Shown here: in pieces, positions 55,420-61,334 of the stretch
Layout of the letters: each line of letters opens with the position of its first letter
Position numbering within the stretch: the first letter of the stretch is position 1
Source: Nemertoderma westbladi
Lineage: Eukaryota > Animalia > Xenacoelomorpha
Length of the DNA stretch: 61,334 nt
Direction of reading: 5' to 3'
NCBI GenBank assembly: GCA_032718475.1
Contig: JAUCBJ010006171.1
Coordinates: forward strand, 1-61,334
The notes under the pieces: generated by a model
Databases searched by the model: none
The model's input: the letters and a program-made list of their open reading frames with translations, nothing else
What the model was told of the DNA's origin: nothing
Translations under genes and position numbers: made by a program

Positions 55420-58400
55420 CAAGATCCCACTATCAGACTATTGGCGGTCTATCAGCCGACGATGTAGATAAAGAGGTTCAAGAGCAACGGCGACGAGAAC
55501 AGAATATTGTCCCTGTGGTCTATCCCTACCTGAAGACAAATCTAACGACATAGGTTTTGTCAGCGAATTTATTTCTAGTGAGTTCGGCATTGACACTGCT
55601 GTTAGTAAAGTACTATATACCGACGTCAGCTAAACGGTGAACATCCTTTTATGGTAATCGTTCAGCTCTGTAGTATAGACTTTAAACTCAAGATCGTCAA
55701 GGATAAAGGAAAACTCGCCAAAAAGTCTACAATCTACAAGAAAGTGTTCATTGACAAATGACCTGACTAAAATGCAAGCCAATCAAGCTTTTCTCCGTCG
55801 CCAATCTCGGGGTGGAAGACCACGGATTGCAAAGCCCATTCCCTCACCTACAGTTGCGCCTCAGAATCCAAGCAGTAGTTTCCAACCACAGCGAAGTCCT
55901 CCAACTACACCCTCTCGAGACGTGCCGTCCGCGACTTTGCCCTCGGGAAACGCGTAGGAGGAGAGAAACATCATCGCAATCCGTTTACTAATTGTTGCCT
56001 TATAAATGCCAGGTCAATAAAGTCGAAACTTTCTGACCTTGAACAGCTGCAACGTTGTGACGGTTACGCGTTACGAAATAATTGCTATAACTGAATCGTG
56101 GCTTAGTGATGATGTGTGCGACAAGATGATTAATTGTGAAGACAACTTTCGTGTTTTTCGGTGTGATCGCGGTTCTCTAGACGGTGGCGTTGCTATCCTG
56201 ATTCGCAAGGACATGAAGTATGTCCAGGTCAATTTGCCCCCCAATTTCGTTGACAAGGTCGAACTGGTCGCGCTTGACTTGGTGGGAGCTTCCCCTAGCC
56301 GTTTTATTTGTGTTTACCGGTCAAATAATCCTGATCGAGCATCGTTAGAACTTGATAAACTTATCTCCGATTGCCTTGCTTTTCTGTGTAATACATCGCA
56401 ACCTTGTACTGTAGTTGGCGACTTTAACTTGCCAGACATTGATTGGGAAAATATGTCACATCCAGATAATGCTACTTACAATTTATTTTCTGAATGTTTT
56501 TTTAGATAACAGTCTGAAACAGTTGCAATTGAAACCAACTAGGGGTTATAATATATTACATCTTGTATTTTGTACTGAGGATATTTTTATTTCAAGTATT
56601 GATGTTACTGAACCGTTTGCTACTAGCGACCACAATACTGTTGTTTTTAATATTTTATCATCTAATCGTATTGATTCCACATCCGATGTTGGTTTTTATG
56701 ATTTTAAACAAGGGAATTATGAAGGTTTTTCTGAATACTTAAATTACACTAACTGGAATTTATTATTTGAAAATTGTGTCTCTGTTAATGATTTTTGGGA
56801 TGGGTTTGGTGCAATCATTAGTAATGATATTAAGAAATTTATACCTTTTAATGTTTGTAAAAGTAAGAAGAATAACGTTTTCCCTGAGTTTGTAAGATTA
56901 TTGCAACGTAAAAAGGCGGCGACGCCACACTGTCAATGGGAAATTAGGGAAAACCGCATTCTTTCATCTGGTAATTTTAGTTTCATAAACAATAAACGTA
57001 ATCTTAAATCAGGAATTTCCCCATTCAAATACAAAGGTGCTACATTCGTTTATGACTTGGAGAAAGCTAATATTCTTTCCCAAGTTTTCGCCGAAAACTT
57101 TACCTTAGATATTGGGAATACTCCCATGTTTGCAAGGCGAGCCCCATTAAATGCCAATCAATAAGTCTACTATCGATTTTTCTCCAGTAATGTATTTGCT
57201 ATGCTAAATAAAATTGGTGACAAAACAAGTCGAACGCCAGAAAATTTTCCTAGCTTTTTGTATTCAAAACTTGCATCGTGTCTTGCTGCCCCATTATCGG
57301 TTATTTTTCAGGTTTCTTTTATCAGCCATGCTTTACCTACTATTTGGTTGACAGCATATGTTGCACCTGTGTACAAGAAAAATGAGTCTTCCGACCCTTA
57401 TAATTACTGGCCTGTTTCACTTACTTGCATAGCATGTAAGGTAATGGAATTGTGCATTAAAGATGAATTGTTATCGTATTTATATTTGCACAAACTTATA
57501 AACAAGGTACAGCATGGTTTCCTGAAAAAACGTTCGACCTGTACCCAACTATTGAACTGTGTTAATGAATGGTGCAATTTACTAGATAAAAGAAAGAGTA
57601 TATAGATGTAGTGTATATTGATTTCTCTAAGGCTTTTGATTCGGTGGTGCACAGTAAACTTATCGCTAAATTAGCCAGTTATGGGATTTCTGGGAATCTT
57701 ACATTATAGTTCACAGCCTTTTTAACGAATCGGTCTCAACAAGTTGTTGTTGGTAATGCCTTTTCTACCATATGTGACGTCATTTCCGGCACTCCTCAAG
57801 GAACAGTATTAGGGCCGATGTTGTTTATAATTTTTATTAACGACTTACCAGATGTGGTGCATTTTGTGACGTGTAATTTGTTCGCTGATGATGCTAAGTT
57901 GCATTCAGTAGTCACCGACTGTACTAATTTAATTCGTGGTCTACATATTTTGGAATCTTGGGCTGATACTTGGCAATTGAAAGTTGCAGCTCATAAGTGC
58001 CATGTGCTTCAAATAGGAACTTACGGCAGAGATAATGGTGCTATTACTTACCAGTTGTGCGGTAGTATTTTGAAACCGAAAGCATCGTGTAGGGACTTGG
58101 GAATTACAATGTGCAGTGACTTAAATTTTGACCTATATTGTCGTGAACAAGTTTCCAAGGCGTTCAAAATTGTAAATATTATTTTCAGATGCTTCTGTAC
58201 AAATAATACTCGTGCCTTTCTCACTGCTTTTAAATCCTATGTACGACCTTTATTAGAATATTGCACCTCTGTTTGGTCGCCCTATCATGTTGGAGCAATT
58301 GATCTCCTTGAGCGGGTACAAAGATATTTTACGCGCCGACTTTTTCGACGGTGCAATTTGGAACCTGTAGGATATTTAGATAGGATTAGGATATTAAAAC

Positions 58401-59130
58401 TACAACCTCTCGAAGTGCGCCGTGTTATTTTTGACTTAAAAATGGCACATTCTATAGTTTACAGTAATATCGACTTAAATTTGAACGATTTCTTCACTAT
58501 TGCGCCGAGAGCTGGACTTAGAGGTCACGTGCTTAAACTTTACCATAAACAGTCGAGGCTTCTAATGTGCAAGAATAATTTTGCCCACCGAGTAGTTCCA
58601 ATTTGGAACTGGCTCCCATCGGAAACTGTCAATACTGAAAGTAAATTTTTATTTTCCAAAAGCTTAAAGACCTTCACCGCTCTCTTTTTGTAAATTTAAT
58701 AGAAATTTGTAAACATGCGCATATTTTTATTTTTATTTTTTTTAGAGTGAATATTTTATCTATTTTCTACATATATTTTATTGCATGCATATGATATGGT
58801 ACATTACAGTAGTAACAATTCACGTAATTTGTAAAATATTTTTATTCCAAAATCCCAACATTACTTTACTCATAACTATATAGTTATTATTGTGAATCAT
58901 AACAATCAATTTTTATTGTGAATATTTTATTGCACATTCGTAGACTATATGACATTGTTGCGTTAATTTTTTTTTGTAGAATATATTTCTCTATTTTTGT
59001 GTAATTTTTAAAGCTTCCCCGGGCAACCATAAGTGTTTAATTTTAATAACCTGGTTGTTTTCTCTCCTCATGTACTTTTAATTTAATTTTTTATAAATAC
59101 ATAGAGTGATAATAATAATAAATAAATAAA
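55420..59130 (+). mobile_element. CR1-group LINE, frameshifted (ORF1 remnant, APE endonuclease, reverse transcriptase, 3'UTR, AAT/AAAT tail)
   Basis: NARS, ITESWL, FRCDR..GGVA, VGDFNLPDIDW, PTRG.NIL.LV, SDH; QHGF, DFSKAFDSV, PQGTVLGP.LF, FADD, GLRGH..KL; several frameshifts; aataataataaataaataaa at about 59110-59130. The 5' boundary is approximate. Confidence 0.9.
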
Positions 59131-61334
59131 ACTCAAACCACTTAAAAAAACGTGAAGAAAACGAAACCAGATGACATTGGTATAATGCATTCGCCGATTC
59201 GCGCATTACACTGAATAATCTGTTGTGCCGGTCAGACGGTATAATTGAATCTGTTCAGAAGACTTCGTGCAGCACGTTGGATACTGAATCAATCTATTGA
59301 AACATTTGAAAGACCTTCGCGCAGTATGTGAGATACTGAAACAATCCGTTGAAACGTTTAAGAGACCTTCGTGCAGCTATAGGGATCGACCTTCAATAAT
59401 TTTTTGCAAAAATATTTTTTTATTTCATCTGGAGCAGATTTTTATCAAGATTCCAAATTTGAAAACTGTTTAGCAAGATCTGTCTTACTTCTCGAGATAT
59501 GGCTGTCTTTCCGTTTTACTGTCGGTTTTTCCGTCAGTATGTCTGTCCGTCAATAAAAAGCATACTATCTTTCTAAAAAATTTCCTGTATGTGTTTTCGT
59601 GGCCGGTGACTTCGTTTCTGAAGCAATTAATCAAATTTGACCTTGTCGGTTCTGTCTGTATGCCTGTCAGTCTGTCTGTCAAAATATAACCGACAGTCTG
59701 ACAGCCAAACAGACAATTTGGAAGTCATCAAATGTTAAAACTGACACTCGAAATGAATTCTGCGACCATGAATACCCCTATAGCTAAACATTTAGCTCAA
59801 TGGTGTGCCATTTTCTTATTTTGACAGACATATAGTCGGATAGTCAGAAAGACCGACAAAGAGACATACAGACAAACTAGATTTCATTAAAAATGAAAAC
59901 TTACCTCAGAAATGAAATCAGCGACCAGGAAAAATTTTAGCATGGTTTTATGCCTTCTTGCTGATAGATATATATTGACAGACATTCTTACATATTAACA
60001 GACAATTTTTGCGCGGGAAAGTTTAAATTTTAAAGGCAATTATCTCGGAATGTTATATTTTCATTTCAACGAAATTTAAAATGCTACTCCTCCGCCAATT
60101 TTTACTATTTTTGCATGAAATTTGGACAGAGTAACCACATGCCTGGTATCTTCATCCTGTGTAACTAATTTTATTGGCTTCGAAATGTGAAAAATGTTAT
60201 TTTTTTGAAAAAATAGGAAAATAATTAATTAATTTGATAATAAAATTGGAAATAATCTGTATCAAAAAATTTTGACCAATACTTTTATTCAACCATATAT
60301 CCTAATTATAAATACGAAATATCTAGTTATATAACTAATGTTTGTTCGAAGAGTAGTGTTTTTAGGATTAGTAATAATTTTATGCTAATAAGTAGCACTA
60401 AAATATTATAACTATATTAAAAAAAATTTTTTTTTAAAACTACCATCAGTTATCGATTGACCCTCATACCAAAATTGTTCAATTTAGAAAAAGTCTTGCC
60501 CTGTTACTATTGGTTTTCATTGACTGTGTCATTATAGCGCTACCCCCCCCCCCCCCCCCCCCCCCCCCCTTAATGGAATAATTATTGTTATTAAAGCACT
60601 AATTCAAGCTATATGATTGGTAGGCAATTAGTCTGACCAATCAATGACTGCTTGAAATTAGGATGTTTTAACGCCTCCTGTTGTACTTCTAATCTAGTGT
60701 GTTTGATCTTTGACGCTTTGGCAGCAAAGGTTAGAAAACAGGAAAAGGACGGAAGGATGTCAGACTCAGGACTGCAGGATGTGTACAGATGTTGCTGCAT
60801 AAACTAATATTGGATATTGAGTTTCGTTTTGGAGTTCGCCTTGCAGACACTAAAGTTGCAATAACTTTTGTTTTGAGTGTATGATTGGATTTCATGAGTG
60901 TATGATTTGAGATGATTGAATATGATGATTTGAGTGTATGATTGAATTGGTTGCAATAACTTTTTGTTTGAGTGTATGATTGGGTTTTGCTCAAATTACT
61001 TGCAAACACTTTCTACGTCGATGCTCTTTCAACACATTTAATAAATTTAAGAAATTCCACCAAAAATATTTTAATTTACTTTTTTCGCCGGAAAAAAAAT
61101 AAAATCAATACAATCCAATTGTTTTATAGGCAAGGCATATACTGTATACCAAATTTAAGATAATAATTGCCATTTCGTCCCGATTGAGTGCTAAAAATGT
61201 CATTTCAAAAAAGTATGTCGGCGAGTGGGATTTGAACTCGGTACTTCACTCGGTACTACTAATAATATGTTACATATTATAAAATAAAGCAAACCACAGT
61301 TGCAAACTGGTTTATATCCTATTCCCTATTACCC

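Noticed and set aside
61220-61245. tRNA gene (B-box-like GAGTTCAAATCC on the minus strand)
   Set aside because: No complete cloverleaf, A-box or acceptor stem could be built; at most a SINE-like remnant.

Overview
AT-rich, transposon-dense genomic DNA from a eukaryote, apparently an invertebrate animal (inferred from gene content; not prokaryotic, no CRISPR). The backbone, largely missed by the ORF track, is a minus-strand multi-exon ksr (kinase suppressor of Ras) gene. I could join eight GT-AG exons by hand in consistent phase (50422->6645, about 615 aa): CC-SAM, an RSxSHExQL 14-3-3 site, a C1 domain, the CA4 motif [20 protein letters not shown] and an FxFP site. No kinase exons are visible, so the gene probably continues past the left edge. 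Its introns hold CDS-intronless genes: ANAPC5, a rho-like GST, TYW5 and two TMEM160-like paralogs in a 24.6 kb intron that splits the C1 domain, and probably POLD2 and a C2H2 zinc-finger ORF in the last visible intron. Most striking, two consecutive ksr introns begin with tandem arrays whose unit is the end of the preceding exon plus its own 5' splice site (about 276 x 32 bp and about 20 x 70 bp). Only the first donor of each array keeps the reading frame open. The rest is transposon debris (CR1 and RTE LINEs; piggyBac-, Merlin-, hAT-, Sola2- and Harbinger-like DNA elements, some nested). All assignments come from reading the sequence and recalling family motifs; no searches were run.
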